Source of the DNA: Candidatus Nomurabacteria bacterium
Lineage (GTDB): Bacteria; Patescibacteriota; Saccharimonadia; Saccharimonadales; CAIOMD01
Direction: 5' to 3'
Length of the DNA: 64,000 nucleotides
Assembly (NCBI GenBank): GCA_020631975.1
Contig: JACKGO010000002.1
Coordinates: 7,218-71,217 of the forward strand
The translations under genes were made by a program, and so were the position numbers. The notes below the pieces were generated by a model. That model had not been told where the DNA came from. It saw nothing but the letters and a program-made list of their open reading frames with translations, and did no database searches. Shown here in pieces: positions 9,916 to 19,745 of this stretch (its first letter is position 1; each line of letters opens with the position of its first letter).

Positions 9916-10117
9916 AGTACTACCCTCACTTTATGTTAATTATTTGATATGTTTATTAAAGCTCGCCACTTTTTTTGAGCGACCAAATACCCTCCCACAA
10001 GTACTCGTCACTATGTTGTGTGGTGTGTTCGTCTTATAGCGCGCTTTGCTTTGTATCTTAAGCCTATGGGCACTACGCTACAAAACAAAACGAACAGCGA
10101 CGATTAGATAAGTAAGT

Positions 10118-10594
10118 TTACGGCGCAGTGTCTGCTACATTCTTTTTCGCTCTTATTTGGGCCAGTTCTGCCTCGAAGCCAGTAATATCATCAAAACGAC
10201 GATAAACACTCGCAAAACGGACATACGCAACCTCAGAAAGGTTGGCAAGCTCTGTCATGACGAGTTCGCCAATAGCGCGAGAAGAGACTTCTGGGTCACC
10301 TTGGCTGGCAAGCTTGTTTTCTATGTTGGCCACTAACTGCTCTAGTTGCAAATTTGTTACAGGAGTTTTTTCGCACGCTCTGTGCAACCCTGCCAATAAC
10401 TTGTTTCTATCAAACAATTGCCGAGAGTTATCTTGTTTTATCACCACGAGCTGTGGACGCTCTCTACGTTCATAGGTAGTAAAACGTGCGTCGCAGTGAG
10501 GACACTTGCGGCGGCGGCGCGTTGATTCACCGTCGGCCACTTCCCTAGATTCAATAACTTTTGTATCGGCAAAATTGCAGTTATGACACTTCAC
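10118..10594 (-). CDS. nrdR: Transcriptional repressor NrdR
   Basis: 158 aa, MKCHNCNFADTKVIESR...CPHCDARFTTYER: an N-terminal zinc ribbon plus an ATP-cone. Confidence 0.93.
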   Translation of the reverse strand: MKCHNCNFADTKVIESREVADGESTRRRRKCPHCDARFTTYERRERPQLVVIKQDNSRQLFDRNKLLAGLHRACEKTPVTNLQLEQLVANIENKLASQGDPEVSSRAIGELVMTELANLSEVAYVRFASVYRRFDDITGFEAELAQIRAKKNVADTAP

Positions 10595-10628
10595 TTGGTT
10601 TCCTTACTTATTTAGGCTTTAACGTACA

Positions 10629-10680
10629 ATCGCTATATATAGCGTGTATGTACTGTATGATATACCCATTATATAGCGTT
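10629..10680. promoter_or_regulatory. Putative tandem NrdR boxes upstream of nrdR-nrdJ
   Basis: A perfect palindrome CGCTATATATAGCG (10631-10644) and a half-conserved second box CCCATTATATAGCG (10665-10678) lie ~34 bp apart (centre to centre), between the ftsZ stop and the nrdR start. They resemble the AT-rich palindromic NrdR-box consensus recalled from the literature. Confidence 0.5.
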
Positions 10681-10728
10681 TTCAATACATTTAATGTCGT
10701 AATTTAGTACACAGCCAAATAATACTAG

Positions 10729-12156
10729 TTACTTTTTATCGGCAGATTTATCGTCGTCCTTGTTATCGGTTTTTTCGTCATCATCGTCTTCGTCCTGCTG
10801 TTTTTTGCCACGACGAGTAAATCGTCGCAAGAACGAAGGCTTATCAAACTTGTCTTCATCTTCATCTTTGTGGTCAGCATCAAAAGTCCAAATATTAGGC
10901 ACTGGCTTGTCGTCGGTAAAATCACTAGCAGTATGCGGCTTGTCGTCTACGTCTAAATTAATATCTTTTATGTCTTCTTCTGTCATTGTTTTCGTATCGC
11001 TCACTGTTTCTAGCTTTTTACTATCATCTTTTTCTGGTTCTTCTGATGTGTCATCACCAAGAGACACTTTAGTATCATCTGTCGTAGACTCGGGCGATGC
11101 TTTTAATTCAGATACTGGGGTGGCAACCAATGGTGCATCCTGTGATGGTGCAGCGTCTAGAGGTGCCTGTGTTTCACGAATTTGCTGGCGGTTGGCAAAA
11201 TATGACGCTTCAAAGCCCGTTGCAACAACCGTTATAATTACTTCTCCCTCGAGCTCTGGGTTGATGGTTGCACCAAAAATGATGTTTGCCTCTGGGTCAA
11301 CGGCAGCAGTAATTGTTTCGGCAGCAGCATTGATTTCGTGCATAGACATGTCTAAGCCACCAATCACGTTAAATAATATGCCACGAGCGCCATCTATAGA
11401 AACTTCTAGTAGTGGTGATTCTATGGCCTGGTGAGCAGCTTCTGTGGCTCTGTCGTCACCACTTGCCCTTCCTATACCCATTAAGGCGCTACCAGCGTTA
11501 CTCATGACCGCACGGACATCTGCAAAGTCAAGGTTAATAAGCCCATGCACCGTTATTAAATCAGAAATACCCTGCACTCCCTGCCTTAAAACGTCATCAG
11601 CTACCTTAAAAGCGTCAAGCAGTGGTGTTTTACGGTCAATCGTCTGAAGAAGTCTGTCATTTGGTACGGTTATAAGAGTATCTACTTCTGTACGAAGTTT
11701 GTCTACTGCATACTCAGCATTGCGGCGGCGTTTTTCACCCTCGAACGCAAATGGTCGTGTGGCAAATCCTACCACCAAGGCTCCTTGCTCTTTGGCAATT
11801 TCTGCAATGACATGGCCAGCACCGCTACCGGTACCACCACCAGCGCCAATAGTAACAAATACCATGTCTGCGCCTTCTAATATCTTTGCAATATCGTCAC
11901 GCGATACATTAGCGGCATCTTCTCCCACTTGTGGGTCAGCACCAGCGCCAAGCCCTTTGGTAGAATCTCCACCAATATGAAGCTTAGTCTGAGCCTTTGA
12001 GTGGTGGATTGCTTGAGCATCAGTATTAATAACAATAAACTCTACACCGGTAACTCCGGCTTCTACCATCCTATTTACAGCGGCGCCACCAGCACCACCT
12101 ACACCCACTACCTTTATGCGGGCAAACGTTTCAATTTCTGGGCTTACTTGAGGCAT
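10729..12156 (-). CDS. ftsZ: Cell division protein FtsZ (long acidic linker and charged C-terminal tail)
   Basis: 475 aa with the tubulin signature [15 protein letters not shown]-type motif (NTDAQAI) and a conserved C-terminal peptide-like DKPSFLRRF, followed by ~30 highly charged residues. Confidence 0.97.
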   Translation of the reverse strand: MPQVSPEIETFARIKVVGVGGAGGAAVNRMVEAGVTGVEFIVINTDAQAIHHSKAQTKLHIGGDSTKGLGAGADPQVGEDAANVSRDDIAKILEGADMVFVTIGAGGGTGSGAGHVIAEIAKEQGALVVGFATRPFAFEGEKRRRNAEYAVDKLRTEVDTLITVPNDRLLQTIDRKTPLLDAFKVADDVLRQGVQGISDLITVHGLINLDFADVRAVMSNAGSALMGIGRASGDDRATEAAHQAIESPLLEVSIDGARGILFNVIGGLDMSMHEINAAAETITAAVDPEANIIFGATINPELEGEVIITVVATGFEASYFANRQQIRETQAPLDAAPSQDAPLVATPVSELKASPESTTDDTKVSLGDDTSEEPEKDDSKKLETVSDTKTMTEEDIKDINLDVDDKPHTASDFTDDKPVPNIWTFDADHKDEDEDKFDKPSFLRRFTRRGKKQQDEDDDDEKTDNKDDDKSADKK

Positions 12157-12281
12157 ACGATACCACTATCCTTTCGAGATACATTAACCTTGTGTTGCTA
12201 TCTATTGTACTTGCCATAGAAAATGTATTCAAGCATCTAAATATAAAAAAGATTTTGTACTAATAATTCGCACACCAAGGA

Positions 12282-13520
12282 CTATCTTTTTATAAAGCTT
12301 TTTATTTTTGTGAACACACCGCTGCTTAAATTACGAGCAGTAATACTTTGTGTGTTCATAGCATCTAAACCTAGAATACCATCTAGATTCATCAGCCCAA
12401 TTGCTGTAGCAAATTCTGTACTTTTTACCGTATCAGCTAAACCACCAATATGGTGTAACTTGCCTATTCTGGTGTGAAGCTCTAGTTGTTCACGAGCAAA
12501 ATCGGCGAGCCCTGGAGTATTAGCAACACCACCGACAAACACTACACCACCCGGCAAACGCCGTGACCGCTTGGCTTTTGCAAATACTTTGTCAACTTCT
12601 TCTAGTAATTCTTCAAATCGTGGAATAATAATGTCATATATACGGGATGTATCAAATTCATACACCACCCCATCGTCGGTGAACGATACTTTTTTAGATA
12701 CAGCAGCCTCTGGCTTAAGTGATGCATATTTAGTTTTTATTTTTTCGGCTATTTCTAAATCGGCTTTTAGACCAATAGCAAGATCATGCGTAAGGTGTTG
12801 CCCGCCTATCGGCAATACGGCAAGCGACACTATTTCTCCGTCTTCTATAATTGCAATATTGGTAGTACCTGCGCCTATGTCAACGAGTGCAGTGCCAGAT
12901 TCTTTTTGTCGCCTATCGAGTACAACTTCAGCTGCAGCCACACTAGAAACTGTGCGCTCAGCTATATGCAGTTGTGCTGCGTCGACGGCATCGTTAAGGG
13001 TTCGTATACACTGTAACCCTGCTGTTACTACTAAAATATCTGCCTCTAAACGCACGCCCTGCATGCCAACTGGATCTTTAATATTGTCTTGGCCATCAAC
13101 CCTATAGCTTTTTGTAAAAATTTGTATGATATCTCGGTTATTTGGCATATTTATGACCGTTGCTTGCTCTTCTACACGGGCAATATCATCTCTGGTAATT
13201 ATTCTGTCTGGGCTATTGGTAGATACCATACCACGTGACATCTGTGCACCAATACTGGCTCCATTTACATTAACCGTAACATCCTGTACACGAATACCTG
13301 CCATACGTTCAGCTTCTGATACCGCTTCGCCTATAGCACGCGTAACATCTTCTACGTGCGAAACACAGCCTTTTCTCATACCAGTGTTTTGAGCACTGCC
13401 AATACCTATTACCGACATTGTGTCGTCTGGGTTATTTTGCTCGGGCATGCCAATGACACACCGAACAGCAGAAGTACCGACATCTAAACCAATAAAATAT
13501 GAGTTTTTTTGCATTATCAC
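12282..13520 (-). CDS. ftsA: Cell division protein FtsA
   Basis: 412 aa. Actin-like ATPase motifs (IGLDVGTS, DIGAGTT, GGVANTPG). Immediately upstream of ftsZ. Confidence 0.92.
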   Translation of the reverse strand: MIMQKNSYFIGLDVGTSAVRCVIGMPEQNNPDDTMSVIGIGSAQNTGMRKGCVSHVEDVTRAIGEAVSEAERMAGIRVQDVTVNVNGASIGAQMSRGMVSTNSPDRIITRDDIARVEEQATVINMPNNRDIIQIFTKSYRVDGQDNIKDPVGMQGVRLEADILVVTAGLQCIRTLNDAVDAAQLHIAERTVSSVAAAEVVLDRRQKESGTALVDIGAGTTNIAIIEDGEIVSLAVLPIGGQHLTHDLAIGLKADLEIAEKIKTKYASLKPEAAVSKKVSFTDDGVVYEFDTSRIYDIIIPRFEELLEEVDKVFAKAKRSRRLPGGVVFVGGVANTPGLADFAREQLELHTRIGKLHHIGGLADTVKSTEFATAIGLMNLDGILGLDAMNTQSITARNLSSGVFTKIKSFIKR

Positions 13521-13569
13521 TAGTATACCGCCTACGCTTGGGCAATCGCAAGCAATTTACAGAGATATA

Positions 13570-14319
13570 TTACAGTCGTGTAAGGATTTCGGCGCCAGTA
13601 TCGGTAATTAACACCGTATCTTCAAAGTGAGCCGACAAGCTGTTATCTTTTGTTACAATCGTCCAACCGTCTGCAGCTGTGTATACAGCATCGGCACCAA
13701 GTGTAGACATTGGCTCTATTGCTATTGTCATACCAGCTCGTAGAACAGGGCCGCTACTGCGCATGCTAAAGTTAGGAATATTTGGATCTTCGTGTAGTTG
13801 ATGCCCAACCCCGTGCCCAACCAAATCTCTCACGATTCCAAAACTATTCCGCTGCATTTCTTTTTCTATAGCGGCGGCAATGGTACCAACCCGCACCCCA
13901 TCGCTTAGCGACCCTACGCCGGCATCTAAGGCAGCAAGGGTGCCTTTAACAAGCTTTTTTTTCTGTGGAGTAGACACACCAGCGATAAAACTTCTGGCGG
14001 CATCCGTTATCATGCCACCATACGTCACTCCAAAATCTATACTTACTATGTCGCCATCTTTCACAATGTAAGAACCGGGTATCCCATGTACTACTTCGTT
14101 ATTAACAGATATACACATAACATCAGGAAACCCACCATAGCCAAGAAACGTTGGTTTACCACCTAGTGCGCGTAACTCTTTAGCAGCAATATCGGCAAGT
14201 TGCTTCGTTGTTATACCTACTTCAATTGCATTGCCCACTAACGCAAGAATTGTGGCATTCATTTTGCCACTTTCTCGTTGTTTAACAAGTTCTTGGGCAG
14301 TTTTGATACGTGTCATCAT
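13570..14319 (-). CDS. map: Methionine aminopeptidase type I
   Basis: 249 aa with metal-ligand motifs (VVHGIP, DIVSIDFG, GHGVGHQLHE, IAIEP, FEDTVLIT). Its start overlaps the adk stop by 4 bp. Confidence 0.95.
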   Translation of the reverse strand: MMTRIKTAQELVKQRESGKMNATILALVGNAIEVGITTKQLADIAAKELRALGGKPTFLGYGGFPDVMCISVNNEVVHGIPGSYIVKDGDIVSIDFGVTYGGMITDAARSFIAGVSTPQKKKLVKGTLAALDAGVGSLSDGVRVGTIAAAIEKEMQRNSFGIVRDLVGHGVGHQLHEDPNIPNFSMRSSGPVLRAGMTIAIEPMSTLGADAVYTAADGWTIVTKDNSLSAHFEDTVLITDTGAEILTRL

Positions 14320-14864
14320 AGCGAAATACCAGCTGCCACGACACCTTTTTTAATATCGGCATGAACAACCTCGGCTGGTTGCTCACCATTTACTTCTATA
14401 ATGGGAATGCCTTTATTTGCGAATACCTGAAGCAGTGGTTTAATATCTTTTTCGTATTCTAAAAACCGTTCATTAATCGCTGCGGGTTTGTCATCTGGGC
14501 GCCCTCTGTGTAGCAACCTCTCTAGCACGACTTCTTCATGCGCTTTTAAATGAACTATCGCTTCAACTTTTTCATTAATAGCATGCGCCGTAGATAGCAG
14601 CCATTCAGTCTGTGCAACTCGGCGCGGAAACCCGTCTAATATTATTTTGTGACTACCAGCAATCTTGCGTAGTTCTGTTTCTAAAATTGCTTCTACTTCG
14701 TTATCATTCAGCAGCCTGCCACTATTCATTTCTTTTTCTAAATCACCAGTCAAGCTACTTCTTAGTAGCTTGCCCATAGAAATCCAATGCCAGCCCTGTA
14801 CAGTGGCCAGTAACTTACTCTGTGTGCTCTTGCCAGATCCAGCAACCCCTACGACGATTATCAT
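14316..14864 (-). CDS. adk: Adenylate kinase (short form)
   Basis: 182 aa with P-loop GVAGSGKSTQ, ISMGKLLR and ILDGFPR motifs. It has 4-bp overlaps with both neighbours. Confidence 0.85.
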   Translation of the reverse strand: MIIVVGVAGSGKSTQSKLLATVQGWHWISMGKLLRSSLTGDLEKEMNSGRLLNDNEVEAILETELRKIAGSHKIILDGFPRRVAQTEWLLSTAHAINEKVEAIVHLKAHEEVVLERLLHRGRPDDKPAAINERFLEYEKDIKPLLQVFANKGIPIIEVNGEQPAEVVHADIKKGVVAAGISL

Positions 14865-15298
14865 ACAATGTTCTCTATGTAGTTTTTAACGCGTTCAGAA
14901 ACAAGTCGGCCATCGGCTTTACCCTGCGCTTCTTTCATAACTAGTGGCATAATTTTCGCAAAATTTGCCTCACCAGCCATTGGCGCTACTGTCTGTATCA
15001 TTGCATCAATTTGCTCAGCAGATAAATCTGCGGGGGCATATTGGCTGTACAGGTTCCGCTCAAATTCTTCTTGGGCTGCTTGTTCTTGCCTATCGTTCGC
15101 TGCATATAAATCGCGTGCTTCGATACGCTTTTTCATTTCTTTCTTGATAACTTGCACAGCCCCATCGTCAGATAAAACGCCACCAGCTTCAATTTGGGCA
15201 TTTTTTAAGGCACTGTACAAAAGCCTGAGTGCTTCAGTAGTTTTTTTATCGCCCGCCTTTAACGCTGCATTGGCATCGTTATGTATACGATCAAGCAT
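14861..15298 (-). CDS. yqeY: GatB/YqeY domain protein
   Basis: 145 aa, ...ALKAGDKKTTEALRLLYSALKNAQIE...IKKEMKKRIEA.... Typical YqeY pattern and typical position after rpsU. Confidence 0.8.
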   Translation of the reverse strand: MLDRIHNDANAALKAGDKKTTEALRLLYSALKNAQIEAGGVLSDDGAVQVIKKEMKKRIEARDLYAANDRQEQAAQEEFERNLYSQYAPADLSAEQIDAMIQTVAPMAGEANFAKIMPLVMKEAQGKADGRLVSERVKNYIENIV

Positions 15299-15513
15299 TA
15301 CCGTAAGCCTAGTTTGGCTCGCTTATTCTTTTGTGCTTTGCGTTCGTTACGAATAATTGCTTTGGTACGACGATCGCGCTTGCTGATTGGCTTTTCATGA
15401 TATTGCAATTGCTTCACTACTGCCAAAACGCCAGCTTGCTGCACCTTACGATTAAAACGCCTAATAAGGCTTTCGGTGGACTCTCTCACATCTTTTTTAG
15501 TAACTTGGATCAT
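15298..15513 (-). CDS. rpsU: 30S ribosomal protein S21
   Basis: 71 aa, basic, ...ESLIRRFNRKVQQAGVL...HEKPISKRDRR... Confidence 0.9.
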   Translation of the reverse strand: MIQVTKKDVRESTESLIRRFNRKVQQAGVLAVVKQLQYHEKPISKRDRRTKAIIRNERKAQKNKRAKLGLR

Positions 15514-15564
15514 ACTTTAAACAATTCTACGGTACTTTGACATATTTTTCAAGGGTAAAATAGA

Positions 15565-15870
15565 TTATGGCCGCCGTAATTGACCTGCAGACGTCGGACG
15601 CTGGTTAGCACGTTGGCTTTTTAGCACAATACCTTGCAACTCTTTAAATATTGGAAAATTCTTATTCGTAGAATATATTTTCGTGTTCCCTTGCTTTTCG
15701 CTTGTTAAAAAACCTACTTTTTCTAAGCGTTTTAATTCACGCTGAATATTCCCAGCGTCTTCTTTAATAAGTTTTGCAAGGCCACGGACATGGGTTTTAA
15801 AATCAGGAAATTTAGCATAGACAACTATGATTTTTCTGCGGACCCGAGAAGTAATAAAAACATCTAACAT
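15565..15870 (-). CDS. Small winged-helix DNA-binding protein (ArsR/MarR-like)
   Basis: 101 aa. ...LAKLIKEDAGNIQRELKRLEKVGFLTSEKQGNTKIY is a wHTH recognition helix plus wing pattern. Divergent from priA. Confidence 0.55.
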   Translation of the reverse strand: MLDVFITSRVRRKIIVVYAKFPDFKTHVRGLAKLIKEDAGNIQRELKRLEKVGFLTSEKQGNTKIYSTNKNFPIFKELQGIVLKSQRANQRPTSAGQLRRP

Positions 15871-15963
15871 TTTTTCACCTATTGTTTATAGAACAACGTT
15901 AATTATAGACGTATTGCCTTGTTTTGTAAAACCGTTTTTATAAATATGCCGTATCATTACTAT

Positions 15964-17880
15964 ATGACATATATCGAGGTGAGTATCGCGGCACCTTTTA
16001 CTGGTAGAAAATTTTACACCTACGAATCAGTCAATATAATTGATATTGGAACAATTGTACAAATACCCTTTGGCACAAAAAAGTCGCTCGGTATCGTAAG
16101 AAACATAGTCAAAAAACCAACGTTTAAAACCAAGCCTATACAACAGATTACGCCGCTTATTGTTTCTGCCAAGTCACTACAACTACTGCGCTGGATGGAG
16201 CATTTTTACCCATACGACTTTGGTGAAATTACCAATTTATTTATCCCTCAAAATGCATTAACAAAATCACGCAGTGCGTCAAGCGTACGTCCCAAAGTAA
16301 CAGCAACCATCCAACCTAAGCTCACGAAAGATCAAACAGAAGCTCTGCAGATTATACAAAGTAATCAGCACGTTTTGCTGCATGGTGATACCGGCACTGG
16401 CAAAACACGAGTGTATTTAGACTATGCGAACAGCGTACTTGCCCAAGGTAAATCGGTACTTATTTTAACACCAGAAATAGGGCTCACACCTCAGCTAAAA
16501 CAAACGATTGCCGCTGCCTGCCCATATCCACTCCATGTGGTGCATTCACAAAATACACCAGCGTACAGAAAGTTAATATGGCAAACGGCGGCTGCAAACA
16601 CAGAACCTGCTGTATTTGTTGGGCCACGCTCAAGCTTGTTTCTGCCGTACCAAAATCTTGGGCTCGTTGTCATAGACGAAGCTCATGATAATTCATATAA
16701 AAGCATGCAAAGTCCAAAATATAATGCAGTTTATGTGGCAGCCCAGCTTGCAAAAGTTCATAAAGCACATTTTATACAAAGTACTGCAACGCCAAACGTA
16801 GCAGATTACGCAGCGATACAAAATCACCAAGTACCTATCGCCCGAATGACAACAATTGCCGTTGGTCCTATCAAGGCTTCTGGCCAGGTAATAGATTTAC
16901 GCGATAAACAACTTTTTACAAAACATCGTCTTATAGCAGATGAGCTACTACGTGCAATTGAAGACGCTTTACAAAACGGCGAACAAACCATGCTTTTTAT
17001 TAATCGCCGTGGCAGTGCACGAATTGTGCAGTGTAATGCATGTGGCCATATACGTGCCTGCCCTACGTGCGGATTGCCACTCACCTATCATCACGATACT
17101 CACAAAATGTCCTGCCATATTTGCAATCAAACCTACCACGCCACAAGCCAGTGCGCAGCGTGTGGTTCGGCTGATTTATTATATTTTTCGCCAGGGACAA
17201 AAGGTCTCGAACAAGAAATTCAAAGCCTATTTCCTAAGGCACGTGTTATACGGTTTGACCTTGATGTATCCGCAAAAGACACCATACAACGCAAACTAAG
17301 CGGCTTACAAACCGGCGCTTACGATATTATTATTGGCACCCAACTTATTAGTAAAGGGTTCGATTTACCCCACCTAAGTGTTGTGGGGGTGCTCAACGCT
17401 GATAGCGGCTTTTCTATTCCTGATTTTAGGGCAGAAGAAATCACCTTTCAGCAAATTTATCAGGTAACAGGTAGGGTTGGTAGAGGCCATACTTTGAGCA
17501 AATTTTTTATTCAAACAAGACAACCAACCCACCCTGTTATAGAAGCTGCCCTGCATAGAAATTGGCAAGATTTTTACGATTACGAACTGCACAAAAGAAA
17601 ACTCTTTACCTACCCACCATTCGCGTATTTAGCGGTGCTTAGTATTACCAAAAAAACCAAGGCGACTGCGCAAAAAATAGCCCAAAAAACCTACGATTTA
17701 TTAAATAACACAAGCCAACTAGAGCTGCTTGGGCCAACACCCAGCTACCATGAAACCTCGCACGGTGGCTATACCTGGCAAATACTCGCTAAGTCAACGT
17801 CTAGGGCAACCCTTGTAGCGGCACTCGTAAGCTTGCCTAGTGAATGGAGTATCGATATTGACCCCACTAGCGTTTTATAA
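15964..17880 (+). CDS. priA: Primosomal protein N' (PriA helicase)
   Basis: Walker A GDTGTGKT, DEAH-type box VIDEAHD and a Cys4-Cys4 zinc region (CNACGH..CPTCG...CHICN..CAACGS). The ORF track starts at 15919; the Met at 15964 (MTYIEVSIAAPF) fits PriA N-termini better. Confidence 0.9.
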   Translation: MTYIEVSIAAPFTGRKFYTYESVNIIDIGTIVQIPFGTKKSLGIVRNIVKKPTFKTKPIQQITPLIVSAKSLQLLRWMEHFYPYDFGEITNLFIPQNALTKSRSASSVRPKVTATIQPKLTKDQTEALQIIQSNQHVLLHGDTGTGKTRVYLDYANSVLAQGKSVLILTPEIGLTPQLKQTIAAACPYPLHVVHSQNTPAYRKLIWQTAAANTEPAVFVGPRSSLFLPYQNLGLVVIDEAHDNSYKSMQSPKYNAVYVAAQLAKVHKAHFIQSTATPNVADYAAIQNHQVPIARMTTIAVGPIKASGQVIDLRDKQLFTKHRLIADELLRAIEDALQNGEQTMLFINRRGSARIVQCNACGHIRACPTCGLPLTYHHDTHKMSCHICNQTYHATSQCAACGSADLLYFSPGTKGLEQEIQSLFPKARVIRFDLDVSAKDTIQRKLSGLQTGAYDIIIGTQLISKGFDLPHLSVVGVLNADSGFSIPDFRAEEITFQQIYQVTGRVGRGHTLSKFFIQTRQPTHPVIEAALHRNWQDFYDYELHKRKLFTYPPFAYLAVLSITKKTKATAQKIAQKTYDLLNNTSQLELLGPTPSYHETSHGGYTWQILAKSTSRATLVAALVSLPSEWSIDIDPTSVL

Positions 17881-17895
17881 GTTACCTCTGTTATA

Positions 17896-18486
17896 ATGAC
17901 AGCTATGACACAAAATCCGCGAGACTTAATAATATCTTTGCCAAACCCCCACCTTCGGCAACGTTCAAAACGCGTTGGTATCGTCACCAATGACACTACC
18001 AAGCTCATCCAAACGATGATTGACGCGACCCTCGATTGGGAAGACAGTCGCAAACACGAAGTCGGTGTCGCCCTCGCTGCGCCGCAAATAGATACCTTGC
18101 TACGCGTTGTTATCATTAGGGAAGATTTCGAAGACAAAACAAACCGCACATTTACCATCCTTATAAATCCGGAAATTACAAAATACGAAGGTGATCTTAT
18201 AGAAGATTACGAAGGATGTCTAAGCATTCAAGATATTTACGGAAAAGTTCCCCGCTATAATAAAGTGCGCGTTAAAGCGCTAGATGCCAATGGCAAAGAA
18301 TTTCGCTTTACGGCAGAGGGCTTTTTGGCACGCGTTGTCCAACACGAAATAGACCACACCAACGGAATTGTTTTTATAGATCATATAAAAGACGACCCTG
18401 CCGCATTTTATAAACTAGATGACGAAGGGCATTTAGAACCGCTTAATTATGAAGCAGACATTAAAGCCAACCATCTTCTTTGGTAG
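17896..18486 (+). CDS. def: Peptide deformylase
   Basis: 196 aa with GVALAAPQI, EGCLS and QHEIDH motifs. Confidence 0.93.
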   Translation: MTAMTQNPRDLIISLPNPHLRQRSKRVGIVTNDTTKLIQTMIDATLDWEDSRKHEVGVALAAPQIDTLLRVVIIREDFEDKTNRTFTILINPEITKYEGDLIEDYEGCLSIQDIYGKVPRYNKVRVKALDANGKEFRFTAEGFLARVVQHEIDHTNGIVFIDHIKDDPAAFYKLDDEGHLEPLNYEADIKANHLLW

Positions 18487-19360
18487 TGGACCCGTCGCTG
18501 CTAAGTCGCTCGCGCTGCTACGCGTATGGCACCCAGTAAGTTTGGTGGTTACTAAGCGCACACCGTCTCATCATAAAGAGCCAGCACCCATAGAATTATA
18601 TGCAAAAACAAACAATCTACCCATTACCTATGCAGACACCAAGCAAGAGCTAGACGAACTATCATTACCAGACGCAAACTATGGTATTGTCATAGATTAT
18701 GGCGTTATTATTAGCGAACACGTAATTCAGCACTTTCCACGCGGAATTATCAATAGCCATTTTAGTCTACTGCCGCAGTGGCGCGGAGCCGATCCAATAA
18801 CATACGCGCTTTTAAGTGGCCAAAGCCAAAGTGGTGTGAGCCTTATGATTATAGACAAAGGTATGGATACTGGCCCGCTTATTGCTACAAAAGCCCTGCC
18901 AATTGCAGCAAACGATACGAACCAAACATTAACAGAAAAGTTACTACTGCTAAGCGACAAGCTCTTGCAGGCAACACTTCCTCGCTATGTTCAGTCAGAA
19001 GTACTGCCTACTCCCCAGCCCCATACCATTGCCACATATTCACAAAAGCTTACTAAGCAGTCTGGCATACTAAACTCCAATAAGTTAGCCAGCGAATTAG
19101 CCCGCGAAGTACGTGCCTTTGCAGGGTGGCCAGGCAGTAGACTGTGCTATAACAACGTCTGGCTGACCGTTACACAAGCTGTGGCAAGCAACCTAGCAGT
19201 ACCTGTTGGCACCCTTGTGTTTCACGGTTCTGCATTGCATTATGGTTGCAAAAACGGCAGTCTACAAATAACCGAACTACAACCAGCCGGCAAAAACAAA
19301 ATGAGCGCAACCGCTTTTTATAACGGCTACGCTCACAAATTATCGCTTACAAAAATGTAG
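18449..19360 (+). CDS. fmt: Methionyl-tRNA formyltransferase
   Basis: 303 aa. IFFGSGPVA N-terminus, INSHFSLLPQWRGADPI formyltransferase motif, and a C-terminal beta-barrel-like domain. It overlaps the def 3' end by 38 bp. Confidence 0.9.
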   Translation: MKQTLKPTIFFGSGPVAAKSLALLRVWHPVSLVVTKRTPSHHKEPAPIELYAKTNNLPITYADTKQELDELSLPDANYGIVIDYGVIISEHVIQHFPRGIINSHFSLLPQWRGADPITYALLSGQSQSGVSLMIIDKGMDTGPLIATKALPIAANDTNQTLTEKLLLLSDKLLQATLPRYVQSEVLPTPQPHTIATYSQKLTKQSGILNSNKLASELAREVRAFAGWPGSRLCYNNVWLTVTQAVASNLAVPVGTLVFHGSALHYGCKNGSLQITELQPAGKNKMSATAFYNGYAHKLSLTKM

Positions 19361-19362
19361 CG

Positions 19363-19704
19363 CTAGGCTGCTTGCGGGGGTGTATCATTGGCAGCTTGCT
19401 GTGATGCAGAAAGTATCTGCGGTGCGCTCGCCTTAATTTCGCCTTTAAGCTTTTCTAGTTCACCCTTTACTACTTCTTTGTAGTTCGGAGCATTGGCTTC
19501 TAGCCACTTAAGGGCTCCCTCTTGATCATTACGGTTCATAAAGCCTTCAAATTCGGTCAGCTGAGCTTCTGTTAAGCCACTCGCCAATACGGTACCAACA
19601 CGCATTTCAAGTGTTTCTACTATTTGGGCAATTAAAGCTTGCTTTTCTGCCTCTGGCAATGCTGCCAAACCTAGTTCTGCTATAAAATCATTGTCTATCT
19701 TCAT
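19363..19704 (-). CDS. Small helical hypothetical protein (resembles CPR DUF5663-type proteins, from memory)
   Basis: 113-aa ORF, FIAELGLAALPEAEKQALIAQIVETLEMRVG...LTEAQLTEFE. The family assignment is unverified. Confidence 0.5.
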   Translation of the reverse strand: MKIDNDFIAELGLAALPEAEKQALIAQIVETLEMRVGTVLASGLTEAQLTEFEGFMNRNDQEGALKWLEANAPNYKEVVKGELEKLKGEIKASAPQILSASQQAANDTPPQAA

Positions 19705-19745
19705 GCACTTAATCCTTACTTATTTCTATTTTAGTATACAACGTT

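Noticed and set aside
9916-10117. Cobalamin riboswitch or second NrdR-box pair upstream of nrdJ
   Set aside because: Only a weak half-palindrome (CACAACATAGTG, ~10010-10025) was seen, and no B12-box-like core. That is not enough to annotate.
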